Positions 26,209 to 36,416 of a stretch of DNA of 64,000 nucleotides are shown here, one piece after another. The notes beneath the pieces are model-generated. The model did not search any database. It was not told where the DNA came from and saw only the letters and a list, made by a program, of their open reading frames with translations. A program made the position numbers and the translations under genes. Numbering within the stretch: the first letter of the stretch is position 1; each line of letters opens with the position of its first letter. Origin of the DNA: Synechococcus sp. (GTDB lineage: Bacteria > Cyanobacteriota > Cyanobacteriia > Thermostichales > PCC-7336); contig JBFRWN010000070.1 in assembly GCA_051439605.1 (NCBI GenBank), positions 1-64,000 of the forward strand, in the 5' to 3' direction.

Positions 26209-29031
26209 TTAAGCCGGCGTCTTCCGATTGTTGCGCCAACGCCTCCACCCCAGCAAAGCCATCCCCATTACCACTAATCCCAAAAGCATCCATTCTTCAG
26301 GCTCTGGCACCCCAGAAACCGTCAGCGGGTCAAATGGTTCTCCTAACTCCTCAATCCCCGATTCCACCTCGCGGTCAAATCGATCCTCGGCATTCTCTGC
26401 CTCGTCCAAATCCTCTAGCTGCCGCTCGTTCACCAACACAATCATGGAGGAATAAGGGCTGACCACCTTGTAACTTGTGGCGATCGCGTGTAGCCGATCC
26501 AGCTGCTCTAATTCACTGCTGCCCCCTCGACTCAAGTCAGCAATCAGCTGACGAGCGGCGATCGCTGCAAAGCCGCTGCCTCCATCCGATACCTCATCCG
26601 ACAGTGCCAAATCGCTGCCCACATCTGTACCGGCTCTCTCCCACAAATATCCATCTATCACGCCGATTGCCGTAGGTTGCTGCGAGCGTACTGTCAAGGT
26701 GTCTATGATTTGCGCCATATCGGTAGACACCCCACCGTGGCTTTGCTGAATAGCATCGAGCATAACGTCATCGTAAGAAGCCGGTAGCTGCCCCCCCACG
26801 TGCATTAGCCAAAGGGGAACCGAAACCTCGCTATCTAGGGAGAGATCGGTGGCCAGTTCGTAACTGCCTGCATCGGTGACCAGCACGACAGCGTCGTAGG
26901 TTCTCCCCTCCTGCTGCTGAAGAAAAGCGTTCAGCATTTCTTGGGGCTGAATTGAGCCGTAGTTAACGATCGATGCAGCATCAAATTGCTGTAAGTCATC
27001 AATTCTTTTCGCTTCAAATCCTTGTCTGCTGAGATAGAGATCGGCGTCATTCTTGCTTAGTTCGCGATCGCTAAATCCGCGCTCTTTCAGCCAATTAAAC
27101 AGCTCGATAACTTCAGCTTTATTGGCTTCCATACTGAACGAGCGATCGAGCAGGATTGCTAGATGCAACTTTGGTTCGATTGCTTCATCCGGTTGCAGAT
27201 CGCCCTGGAAGGGAGTAGCTTGCAGCTCGTAATCATCTAGCAACTTGACTCTGTGCTCTTTCGGCTGATAATCCGCTGTGGCAGGTAATATCTGCTCCAA
27301 CCAGCTGTCTTGGGAGGGGATTTTCTCACCATTGCGCAATCGTTCTGTTTTGCCGTTCCAATAGACATTGCGATACTCGATTGCCTGCGGTAGCGGCCAT
27401 CCCTGGGGCTGTTGTAGCACGCTATAGGCCATCCACAAATGCAGCTCTGACTGGCGATCGTCATTCAATTGCTTGGAGGGAATGGGGAAGGCTCGCAGTC
27501 GGTATTGTCTTGGCCCCACCTGTTCTAACAGGGCAGGGTCAACCTGCCGCCTCACCTCGTTGTTATACACCTGTTGAGCAGCCCCTCTCGGAGACACCCG
27601 GAACTGATAGCGATCTGCCCTCGAAGGACTATTTCCCAGCCACAATCCAGTCAGGGTGGCACTTTCTAGCAATGAAAACGTATAGAAAATTTCTTGGTCT
27701 TGAAAGGTTTGATTTTGGTAGGTTTCGTGAATCTCTATGTCTGCCCAATCCTGATGTTCGTTGATAGAGATTTCCTGTTGTTTGAGCCAAACTAATGTTT
27801 GGTCGATATTAATCAACCCTGCTTGGGCTTCTTGGCGATTAAAAGTAGAGTCCAAAGCAAATTGGATTGCTCCCCGCTCCCCCTTTTGAATGGAGGTATC
27901 GAAAAACTCTGAATAGAGGGATTCTGCTTTGCGGACGTCGCTGCGGGAGCCATCGTACAAGAAAGGGGCCATCAATTGGTTGTAGAACCGCTGTAGCCCT
28001 AAACAGACCCCGTCAGGCAGTCGGAAGACCTGGCGGTACATGGCATAGATGTGGTTGTTATCTTCCCGGCTGCTGAGATAGCGATAGGGAGAAAGATAGG
28101 CATTGCGCAGTCCAACCTGAATGGTATCCGCTTCGGCCAAGAGCTCCTGTCTAGCTTGGTTGGTTTGTGGGGACGTGGCTAGTAGTTCAAAGGCTTTTGC
28201 GGAGGGCTGTTGCTGCAAGAGTAGGCAAGCGAGCGCTCCTATAGCGGTTGTGGCTGTCACTGCGGCGATCGCAATTCCCTGTCCGTATTGCTTGGAAAAC
28301 CATTGCAGCGATCGACGTCCATCCCGCACGTACAGCCAGCAAAGTGCCAGGGGCATGCCAAAGAACAAGGTTGCCGACATGCCAAACAGGATTAACGACA
28401 GAAGTATCCAGATGCCACTGCTCAGTAAATAGGTAAACCCCTCCGAGACCAGCTCTAGCAGGGGTTCGAACCAGCCAAACGAGAAAAATCCGATCGCCGT
28501 CACCCATACAGCGGGCAGTACATAAAAGGCAAGCACAACGGTTCCGTAGATCCCCACCCAGAACACCGCTGTCTGACCGCTTAAGTTCAACCAATCCTTT
28601 AGAGGAGAGTCTAAATGGATCTTTTTTTCACCCTTTTGAGACACCTTCCCCTGAATCAGATTAAGGAGATACACCACGATCGCCACCACAATCGTGCCAA
28701 GGGCAAAAGCAGCCCCTGCAGGAAGTTCGCGCACAAGGAACAGACGCAGAAGACACAGCAAAAAGAACGGAGCTTCCACACCGTAGAACAAGCGTCCTAA
28801 CCGATCGGGTTGGGTTCTGAATTTCGCAAACCCAATCCCCGTGCAGATCAAAGGGACAGCAACGATCCCTAAAAAGGACAGCAATAGGCTGTAGGGGATA
28901 GCTCCTGCGGCGATCACACGGGGAATAACGGCCCCTCCCGCTGGCAAAATGCCCGCCAAGACGATGAGGAGGAAAATACCGTTCCAACCCCAGAAAATGC
29001 AGTGGATTGCGATCGCTCTCAGTCTTTTCAT
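26209..29031 (-). CDS. TIGR02921-type integral membrane PEP-CTERM protein (VIT- and vWA-like domains)
   Basis: N-terminal TM bundle, VIT-like DPALLEQVGPRQYRLRAFP, LDRSFSM, and a C-terminal VPEPEEW + TM + basic tail (WRRWRNNRK). Confidence 0.88.
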   Translation of the reverse strand: MKRLRAIAIHCIFWGWNGIFLLIVLAGILPAGGAVIPRVIAAGAIPYSLLLSFLGIVAVPLICTGIGFAKFRTQPDRLGRLFYGVEAPFFLLCLLRLFLVRELPAGAAFALGTIVVAIVVYLLNLIQGKVSQKGEKKIHLDSPLKDWLNLSGQTAVFWVGIYGTVVLAFYVLPAVWVTAIGFFSFGWFEPLLELVSEGFTYLLSSGIWILLSLILFGMSATLFFGMPLALCWLYVRDGRRSLQWFSKQYGQGIAIAAVTATTAIGALACLLLQQQPSAKAFELLATSPQTNQARQELLAEADTIQVGLRNAYLSPYRYLSSREDNNHIYAMYRQVFRLPDGVCLGLQRFYNQLMAPFLYDGSRSDVRKAESLYSEFFDTSIQKGERGAIQFALDSTFNRQEAQAGLINIDQTLVWLKQQEISINEHQDWADIEIHETYQNQTFQDQEIFYTFSLLESATLTGLWLGNSPSRADRYQFRVSPRGAAQQVYNNEVRRQVDPALLEQVGPRQYRLRAFPIPSKQLNDDRQSELHLWMAYSVLQQPQGWPLPQAIEYRNVYWNGKTERLRNGEKIPSQDSWLEQILPATADYQPKEHRVKLLDDYELQATPFQGDLQPDEAIEPKLHLAILLDRSFSMEANKAEVIELFNWLKERGFSDRELSKNDADLYLSRQGFEAKRIDDLQQFDAASIVNYGSIQPQEMLNAFLQQQEGRTYDAVVLVTDAGSYELATDLSLDSEVSVPLWLMHVGGQLPASYDDVMLDAIQQSHGGVSTDMAQIIDTLTVRSQQPTAIGVIDGYLWERAGTDVGSDLALSDEVSDGGSGFAAIAARQLIADLSRGGSSELEQLDRLHAIATSYKVVSPYSSMIVLVNERQLEDLDEAENAEDRFDREVESGIEELGEPFDPLTVSGVPEPEEWMLLGLVVMGMALLGWRRWRNNRKTPA

Positions 29032-29067
29032 CAGTCCCTTTCCCAGAAATTTTTGACTGTTGGCTAA

Positions 29068-30660
29068 TTAGATAAGCGAAGAGTTCGTATTGGCACTCGA
29101 GACCGCAAAGCTATGGGAAATTGCGTCCTGTAACGCAGTTGCCATTGACTCGATCTGTTCGTTACCAGGCAGCAATGGGCGATCGAACAAAATCGACACC
29201 ATCACCCAGGGCGTATCGGGATGGGTGATGGACTGCCAAAACCGGGCTATATATTCATCAGTTGTCCCCTGTGGGGATTGAAACCAGTAGGTGGCGGACA
29301 GCTTACCGTGTTCCAGCGATAGCCACCTAGCATCCAGCCCTTTTGCCAGCTGTGTTTCCTGCATAGCATCCACTTGAAAGCCGTTGCCCGCAAAGCACAA
29401 TTCTGGAGGATGGTGAGACTTCCAATCTTGGGCCACAACCACCAGCATCGACCCGCTGACCCCGTCCCAATCAAACTGCCATTTTTCAGCAATGGGAATG
29501 GTGGGTTGGTTGAAAAAATGGGCTTCAACCTGACTTAACGGCAGCGGAGTTGCATTGAATTGCTGTGGCAGCTGTATCGCTGAGATCGCCCCTTGAGAGA
29601 CGAGTGGAGCAATTCCATTGCTGGCGATCGCAAAAGCCGCCAGAATAGTTACGAGACCCACTTGCCAGCGTCGATTCAGTCTATCGATGTCTTTTGTGAC
29701 ATAGGCTGTCAGTTGCTCTGGGTTACCGCATGCTGGACGATCGCGGGCAGCAGTGTCAGCCTTTGGCACCCACTGCAGTAACAGCCATCCCACCCCGCAA
29801 GAAAGACAAAAGCCAATTAACCCCAGCGGTAGGTGCAGCACCTCGGCAAAGGAACGAGCACCCAGTCCGTAGGCGATCGCCACTAAGAGAAACACCCGGA
29901 CAGCATTGGCCCAGAACAGACAAAATAGGGTTCCACAGGCAGCTAACAACCAGCGCAGTCCCAATTGTCGTTGTTCTAGCAAGGTAACTAGCAAAACAAA
30001 CACACCGCCCGTCCACAGGCTTTTGAGGCCGCTGCAGGGCAAATCTACATGGGCAATTCCGTTCTCCAACAGAATGATGTCGTTGGCTGAAATCGCTGCT
30101 ACATGCCACAGGTGCATGGCCCGCTCGACCAAATGGGCCGTCATCACTCTGGCAGGGACCCCTAATCCCGTTTGGAACTGCGTACTGAAGGGCAGAATGC
30201 AGGTAACTAGGGCTGTCACGGGCCATCCCTGCTTCCAGGCTCTGGGGGTTAAGTGCAGCCCCAGTAAACCGTAAGTACCGAGGGACAGCAGCATTACGTT
30301 CAGCTGGGGAATATCTACAAGAGGTTTGAGCAGCAGAGAACCGAACCCTCCCCCCACCGCCACCGCTAACGGCCACCAATGGCCATAGCACCTCATCCGA
30401 AAACTCCACGCAGAGGAAGAGCCCTTTGCCTTTGTTATCCTGCCTAGCAGCTTCCAAGCCACAATTGCGCCTACCCCCAAAGCAAGCCCTAGGTTTGTGT
30501 TGGAGGCTGCATCCAATGTAGAGAACAACCACCGTAAGGATCCCCAATGGGTGTATCCCCATAGCCCCCAGACGCATGCCGTCATGGCCACGGACAATAT
30601 TGCCGGTGGCATTGGGCGATCGCCCAAAACTATAGTTGGGCCGGTGCTTGACTCCTGCAT
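29068..30660 (-). CDS. xrtO: Exosortase O
   Basis: Multi-TM protein with HVDLPCSGLKS (catalytic Cys), ANAVR and LHLPLG, and an EpsI-like C-domain HHPPELCFAGNG. It lies directly upstream of its PEP-CTERM substrate. Confidence 0.85.
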   Translation of the reverse strand: MQESSTGPTIVLGDRPMPPAILSVAMTACVWGLWGYTHWGSLRWLFSTLDAASNTNLGLALGVGAIVAWKLLGRITKAKGSSSAWSFRMRCYGHWWPLAVAVGGGFGSLLLKPLVDIPQLNVMLLSLGTYGLLGLHLTPRAWKQGWPVTALVTCILPFSTQFQTGLGVPARVMTAHLVERAMHLWHVAAISANDIILLENGIAHVDLPCSGLKSLWTGGVFVLLVTLLEQRQLGLRWLLAACGTLFCLFWANAVRVFLLVAIAYGLGARSFAEVLHLPLGLIGFCLSCGVGWLLLQWVPKADTAARDRPACGNPEQLTAYVTKDIDRLNRRWQVGLVTILAAFAIASNGIAPLVSQGAISAIQLPQQFNATPLPLSQVEAHFFNQPTIPIAEKWQFDWDGVSGSMLVVVAQDWKSHHPPELCFAGNGFQVDAMQETQLAKGLDARWLSLEHGKLSATYWFQSPQGTTDEYIARFWQSITHPDTPWVMVSILFDRPLLPGNEQIESMATALQDAISHSFAVSSANTNSSLI

Positions 30661-30678
30661 GGTTTCATCCGGTTTTAC

Positions 30679-30915
30679 CTACAGCGTTCCCGAGGACATG
30701 ACCGAATCCTCAATTCTCACTCCTCGTACAGTAGCGAATACGGTTCTCCGTAAGCGGACAAGCCGCTGCTCAAAACCACAATCCAGCAAGCTCGCCTGCG
30801 CATAAGTTTGGCAATAGCGCCTGTAAAGTCTATAGAGAATAGGCTGCAACAATCTAGACGACGCTTGACACACACTTTCAGTGGGCAAAAAAGGCACAGA
30901 AGGAACCGAAGACAA
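30679..30915 (-). CDS. Hypothetical small protein upstream of xrtO
   Basis: 78-aa ORF, co-oriented and 18 nt from the xrtO start. Confidence 0.4.
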   Translation of the reverse strand: MSSVPSVPFLPTESVCQASSRLLQPILYRLYRRYCQTYAQASLLDCGFEQRLVRLRRTVFATVRGVRIEDSVMSSGTL

Positions 30916-31081
30916 TCGCCAAACAGAGACATATTGTGTCGCAATTACAACTATGGACTCGATATACCTGTGCTAATATTGACACATTAGACAATAACGC
31001 AATCCGTAGTATTACTGAAATCATGGTATTGCGGATTGAATTTTTTGAAATATGTCTATGTTGATGTTGTAGGTAGATCAG

Positions 31082-31774
31082 ATGGTCAGTCTCTCCGTGC
31101 CTCTCTTCTCCAATTCACAATCCTTCGCTGATAGTGATCGAGAATTTGCACTCAACGTGCTGCGTTCTCCGCTGGTGCAGCGACTGAAGGCTGCAGGTTT
31201 AATCGATAGTATCAACGCTGATATTGTCGAATGGATAAAGGAATGGCGCCAGGTCGGTGGTAGTTTTGCCAGCGTTTTCTCTAAGCGTTCCGGCTTGTCG
31301 ATGCAAACGCTGAGGTTTTTCTCGCAAAAAGACCCCCTTCCCTCCGCCGGTGGCCGTCTCGGTGATTACTTGGTTGCCGCAGGCTTGGTACCTCGGGTAA
31401 CAGTTCTTGAGACCCTCGCTGAAATTAACAATAGCAATCGCAAGCAGCTACTAGGGCACGCACTCGTTAAGCGCAAGTACATTTCTAAGCAAACAGCTAA
31501 CTACTTTGCAGAAACCTACACAAATCCTTCTCCAGAATCCTTGGATCCGGAACACGCTCTCCTGAGCAAAGGATTGGCGCGCCCGCAGCAGCGCAAAGCC
31601 CCTTACTCATTAGACGAATTCTTTCTCTTGGCAGCAGATGCTGCCATCCATGCCCGGTCGATTGCCCCCAAACTGCGTGAAGACGCAGCAGACATGCTAG
31701 CGGCCTATCCCAAACACCGCATTGTCAAATACTGGTGTGCCCGTTTGGGAGTAACCACAAGCAAGGTGTTCTAG
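31082..31774 (+). CDS. Hypothetical protein with an MshEN-like (c-di-GMP-binding) motif
   Basis: RLGDYLVAAGLV..VLETL..QLLGHALVKRKYIS matches the tandem RLGxxLxxxGL motif. Confidence 0.65.
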   Translation: MVSLSVPLFSNSQSFADSDREFALNVLRSPLVQRLKAAGLIDSINADIVEWIKEWRQVGGSFASVFSKRSGLSMQTLRFFSQKDPLPSAGGRLGDYLVAAGLVPRVTVLETLAEINNSNRKQLLGHALVKRKYISKQTANYFAETYTNPSPESLDPEHALLSKGLARPQQRKAPYSLDEFFLLAADAAIHARSIAPKLREDAADMLAAYPKHRIVKYWCARLGVTTSKVF

Positions 31775-32072
31775 GTAATTCTCGGGCTAATGCGCAATGT
31801 TTGCCGGAGAGCGTGGCGGATTTGCACAATTGTTTTTAGGAAACTTGGCTGCGATTCGATCGTTCGGCAGGGGTTACCGGCAGAGGCGATTCCGGCGATC
31901 GCGAAACAGCTTGTAATCAATTTTGTTTACTTTAACAACTAGTTTGTCTCGGAGTAAGTTGCTTTTAAAGCAGCGTTAGAGACAGCGTTTTTTATCTAGG
32001 GATGCCTAGCAGAATATTTTGGGAGTCCACCCTTTATTTGATTATTATTGTCAATCTTCTGTCAAAGCCTGG

Positions 32073-32108
32073 AGGTAGCGAAGGGGCGGTCGCGCCCCCT
32101 CGCTACCT
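32073..32108. repeat. GC-rich 16-bp hairpin (REP-like)
   Basis: AGGTAGCGAAGGGGCG-GTCG-CGCCCCCTCGCTACCT, one mismatch. Confidence 0.8.
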
Positions 32109-32206
32109 ACCGGTTCCAAGCAGAAATACGAAAGCTCGCCAAAAAGATACCTGGATACAAGCAAAAGACCGGGGAAGAATAAAAATCAGCCATCCGAAAC
32201 ACCAAC

Positions 32207-33133
32207 ATGCCTGCCCCCAAGGACCCCAACCAGCCAGAACCTAAACGGGTCAACAACGCAGCAAAACCGAACCCCTTCCCTCCAGTTACAACCACCTTCC
32301 TAGCCATCTGCACCTTCATCTACGCCGGACTTGCCCTCCAAAACAACTACACCTCCGTCGAAGCCGTCGCCCGATTCGGCTACCTTCCAGCCCCTTTGGT
32401 ATACGAAGGAGGCTACTGGAGCCTCATCACCTCCGCATTTGTCCATTTCGACCTGATTCACCTAGTCTTCAACGCTGCCTGGATAGTGAAATTCGGCAGC
32501 AGCAGCGAACGAGTCATGGGGTCAATTCCCTACCTACTCTTCTACGCGATCGCAGCCTTCATCAGCTCATCAATGCAACTAGCCATCTCCGGTAACACCG
32601 GCATCGGAGCCTCAGGAGTGGTCTACGCCCTATTCGGATTTATGTGGGTCACCCGCAAGCGCATCCCCACTTTCTCCCAAGTCATCGACAAACAAATCAT
32701 CAAACTCTTCATTGGCTGGCTGTTCTTCTGCATAGGGCTGAGCTACTTCAACATTCTGAACATCGGCAACGCCGCCCACTTTTCGGGCATGGTGTTTGGA
32801 ATGCTGGTGGGAGCCATCGTCATTCGTTACAAATTTTTCGCCGCACTAGCAGGCTTAACTACCGCAATCGCCTTCTCCTTCATCTCTCTTTTCTGGAGTC
32901 CTTGGTCAATCCAGTGGCTAACCTACAAGGCCTATCAAGCCCACGACGCGAAAGCCTACGGCCTGGCACTCAATTACTACAATCGCCTCCTGCAAAAAGA
33001 TGACGGTAACGCCTGGGCCTACTACAACCGCGCCTTAGTACACGACTCCATCGGCAACAGCCAACTCGCCCAATCCGACTGGGAAAAAGCCCGCCAGCTA
33101 GACCCCAGCTTGACTGAAAGAGAACCAGAATAA
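32207..33133 (+). CDS. Rhomboid-family intramembrane serine protease with C-terminal TPR
   Basis: ITSAFVHFDLIHLVFN, GASG (catalytic Ser), AAHFSG (catalytic His), and the TPR AWAYYNRALVH..DWEKARQLDP. Confidence 0.92.
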   Translation: MPAPKDPNQPEPKRVNNAAKPNPFPPVTTTFLAICTFIYAGLALQNNYTSVEAVARFGYLPAPLVYEGGYWSLITSAFVHFDLIHLVFNAAWIVKFGSSSERVMGSIPYLLFYAIAAFISSSMQLAISGNTGIGASGVVYALFGFMWVTRKRIPTFSQVIDKQIIKLFIGWLFFCIGLSYFNILNIGNAAHFSGMVFGMLVGAIVIRYKFFAALAGLTTAIAFSFISLFWSPWSIQWLTYKAYQAHDAKAYGLALNYYNRLLQKDDGNAWAYYNRALVHDSIGNSQLAQSDWEKARQLDPSLTEREPE

Positions 33134-33536
33134 GCAATTTGGCTTCAGCAGACAACACAACTGCATAGAAAAAATTTTCTTTATAGCATGCATAAATAGT
33201 GCGAGAAGAAAGAAGCGTTTTTAATGCATCTATATGCTATCTATAACAGCCTAAATAAGCTGTTATTGTGCTAGCTAGACACACCATAAATAAAAGCACT
33301 TTGGAAGTGCCATAATGCTGTATAAGAGTTTATATTTTTTAATTACAGTGTTAGGCATTTAATTAGGTATTTTGTAAAATATGTAGTTAGAGGCCTGAGG
33401 CTATGTTGGCGTTACAAGGTGGATCGCCCCAGAATCTTCATCTGGCAAGCTATTCGACTTGTCCAGAAATGTGCATTTCAAGCCAGCAGAAAAAAATGGG
33501 AGGGACTATAAAGGGGCTTAGTAAACGAGTTCACCC

Positions 33537-34634
33537 ATGGCAGCTTTGAAGCAGTTTTGGCGATCGCTAAGGTCATCCCCCTACCTGAAACTCATTCCAG
33601 CAGTCGTAGGAGTCTTGCTGGTGTTTGCTGTCATGACATCAGGGGCATCGACAAGGGAATCTACAGAGACGCAAGACAATAACTGCGCCTATCATCCCGA
33701 AGCTTACGAAGGATTGAACCCAGCCGCGCTCGAAGGGGAATTAACCAGTACCGGATTGATTGGACGCATTCACGGTGCCGCCTCCGAAGCGCAGTTGTAC
33801 GTGCTTTCCGTGCGAGAACCCAACAACTTCTTTGCCCACACCGAATATTCGTTAGTACCCCGCGATGAAGATATTCCGAGCTTTCAACAGCTCTCTCGCC
33901 ACGATTTAGTTTGCGTACAGGGAAAAGTACAGCAAAATCCCAGTCCCCAAACACACATTGCAGTAGAAGGGATTCAAACCCTAGACATCTGGTCTGGACT
34001 CGACAACTATCCCCCCTACCAGCACGAGCAAGGTATCCCAGATGAGTTGAAAGCGGGCGATCGCTTTGTGGGGAAAGTTCATGCCATTGGGGACGAGGGC
34101 AAAGTCTTAGTGGTCGAATACAAAGATGCCGTGTTGCCCGTGTTCGTGCGCTCCGGTGACGTTACCAAAGACCTCTATCGCGGAGATATTGTCCGCCTCG
34201 CCTATCGCATCCAGTCCTGGCCCGATCGCCCCCCTCACCTGCAGCTCGATCCCACTGCAGACACCCCCATCGAAGTCATTAGCTCCATAGCATCCTGGGA
34301 TGGTCAAACGAAGACTCTTTCCGGCCAGCTAGTGAAGTTCCCCCGTAGCCCGCAAATTAAGTTGGATGTTTACGCGATCGCAGTGCAAACCAAAGGGGTC
34401 AAACGCTATTTCACGCTAGTAAATTTCCAAGATATGGACCAGTTCCAAGCCATCCTGGATAAGCTTGCTGCAATTTGGGAAGACAACCAAGATGCTGCCG
34501 TCAACGGACGAAATTTATTGATTGAACCGAATGTCACGATTGAAGCGACTGGGAAAATCAACATGATATCTGCAGAGCAAGCCAACCCTCAGATTTTATT
34601 ATCTAGCTTGAACGAGTTAAGGCAACTGCAATAG
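33537..34634 (+). CDS. Hypothetical exported protein (repeated OB-like beta domains)
   Basis: N-terminal TM/signal and an internal repeat GRIHGA / GKVHAI. Confidence 0.7.
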   Translation: MAALKQFWRSLRSSPYLKLIPAVVGVLLVFAVMTSGASTRESTETQDNNCAYHPEAYEGLNPAALEGELTSTGLIGRIHGAASEAQLYVLSVREPNNFFAHTEYSLVPRDEDIPSFQQLSRHDLVCVQGKVQQNPSPQTHIAVEGIQTLDIWSGLDNYPPYQHEQGIPDELKAGDRFVGKVHAIGDEGKVLVVEYKDAVLPVFVRSGDVTKDLYRGDIVRLAYRIQSWPDRPPHLQLDPTADTPIEVISSIASWDGQTKTLSGQLVKFPRSPQIKLDVYAIAVQTKGVKRYFTLVNFQDMDQFQAILDKLAAIWEDNQDAAVNGRNLLIEPNVTIEATGKINMISAEQANPQILLSSLNELRQLQ

Positions 34635-34734
34635 TTCATAGAGCTGGACTCACCGTTCAATAGTTGGACGCTACTTCATTCTCACCATCCACAACAGTGC
34701 GGTAAAATTTTGGAGCTTTTGACTGCCATTTGCC

Positions 34735-35553
34735 ATGAGTGCCCTCTCTCCTGTTGCCCAAACTCCGATTGTTCAACGGTTTCAAGAGTTGAAGGCACGC
34801 GGAGAGAAAGCCCTCATCCCCTACGTAACTGCTGGGGATCCAGATTTAGCCACAACCTTTGAAGCCCTCAAAGTTCTAGACCAAAATGGTGCTGACATCA
34901 TTGAACTCGGCGTCCCATACTCTGACCCCTTGGCAGATGGTCCTGTCATTCAAGCGGCAGCCACGCGATCGCTGGCTCAGGGAACCCGCCTTGATAGCAT
35001 TTTGTCTGGCTTACAGGCTCTAGAGCTGAATGCCCCTATCGTGCTTTTCACCTACTTCAATCCAATCTTGCGCATGGGCATCCTCCAATTCATGCAGCAC
35101 ATTCGGGAAAGTGGCTGCAGCGGGTTAGTGGTCCCCGATTTGCCCTTGGAAGAAGCTCAGCCCCTCTTGAATGCAGCCGCAGAGGTTGGAGTGAACATCA
35201 TTATGTTGGTGGCCCCCACCAGCCCGGTGGAGCGCATGCAAGAAATCGCCGATAAATCTTCAGGGTTCATCTACTTAGTCAGTACTACAGGGGTCACCGG
35301 CATGCGTGCCCAAATGGCCACCCGCGTCAAAGATTTGATCGGAGATTTACGTTCCCGCACAGAATTACCGATCGCGGTGGGCTTCGGGATTTCTGGACCC
35401 GAACAAGCCAAACAAGTAATTGATTGGGGGGCAGATGCGGCTGTTGTGGGGAGTGCCTTCGTCAAGAAACTGGCGGACGCGTCAAATTCCGCAGAGGGAC
35501 TAGAGGCAATAGGACAGTTCTGCCGCGAGTTGAAAGCTGCCCTGCGAGTTTGA
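34735..35553 (+). CDS. trpA: Tryptophan synthase alpha subunit
   Basis: [31 protein letters not shown] and AVGFGIS. Confidence 0.97.
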   Translation: MSALSPVAQTPIVQRFQELKARGEKALIPYVTAGDPDLATTFEALKVLDQNGADIIELGVPYSDPLADGPVIQAAATRSLAQGTRLDSILSGLQALELNAPIVLFTYFNPILRMGILQFMQHIRESGCSGLVVPDLPLEEAQPLLNAAAEVGVNIIMLVAPTSPVERMQEIADKSSGFIYLVSTTGVTGMRAQMATRVKDLIGDLRSRTELPIAVGFGISGPEQAKQVIDWGADAAVVGSAFVKKLADASNSAEGLEAIGQFCRELKAALRV

Positions 35554-35563
35554 GCTCAGAGGA

Positions 35564-35874
35564 CTAGTAGAACGGACTTTGAATGCGATCGGTGGCCGCT
35601 GAAAAGTATTAATTTTCGAGAAATGCTGCGCGAAACCTGCAGATTCAACCCATTGCATCGCGCCATCTCGGGTATCACGCAAAAAATGCTGACTCAGCAG
35701 CTGCGAGAGCTGGAAGCAGATGGCATCGTGCACCGAGAGGTGTACAAGCAAGTGCCCCCCAAAGTGGAATATTCTCTGACAGCAACCGGTAGAAGCCTAG
35801 AATCCGTTCTGGATTCCATGCACCAATGGGGACTGGACTATAACGCCAACAATGACAGAGGGAGAGACACCTAG
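35564..35874 (+). pseudogene. HxlR-family wHTH regulator, disrupted
   Basis: [15 protein letters not shown] (TGA at the conserved Trp), a frameshift, then [46 protein letters not shown]. Confidence 0.85.
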
Positions 35875-35991
35875 ACTTATGGGAGTTTTCTTGCCTACAG
35901 AGGGGCCGCTTGGTGATTTAATAAAGCAGCATGCTGCTGATACAAAGCGTGACAGGATATTGCATTTAACAAGTTGATTTAGGAGGGGCCG

Positions 35992-36399
35992 ATGCCCGCA
36001 GTTAGTACCGTAGAAGAATTGCTTGAGAAATACTCTGCCGGAGAACGCGATTTTCGTAACTCTAATTTGCGCGGAGCAAGTTTGTACAAAGTCAGGCTGT
36101 GGTACATCAACCTGCGCGGTGCCGACTTGACCGAAGCCGATTTGCGCGGTGCCGATCTTCGTCGTGCCAACATGATGGAGACCACCTTGACCAACGCTGA
36201 TTTACGTGGTGCTAGCCTACGTCGCACTAACTTTGATGGTGCCGATTTAAGGGGGGCCAACCTGGAGCGAGCCGACCTCAGTGCTGGCGCGAAGTTGAAT
36301 CAAGCTAACCTAGACGGCGCGAGTTTGGTGGGAGCCACCTACAATGCCTACACCAAGTTCCCCTACGGCTACGATCCCGTGGGCCAAGGCTTGCGTTAA
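35992..36399 (+). CDS. Pentapeptide repeat protein
   Basis: ELLEKYSAGERDF start followed by A(D/N)LxG repeats. Confidence 0.92.
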   Translation: MPAVSTVEELLEKYSAGERDFRNSNLRGASLYKVRLWYINLRGADLTEADLRGADLRRANMMETTLTNADLRGASLRRTNFDGADLRGANLERADLSAGAKLNQANLDGASLVGATYNAYTKFPYGYDPVGQGLR

Positions 36400-36416
36400 C
36401 CCACACCATATCGGGC

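Noticed and set aside
35992..36399. Tandem 15-nt nucleotide periodicity (also at 47200-47430)
   Set aside because: It is explained by pentapeptide-repeat coding sequence.
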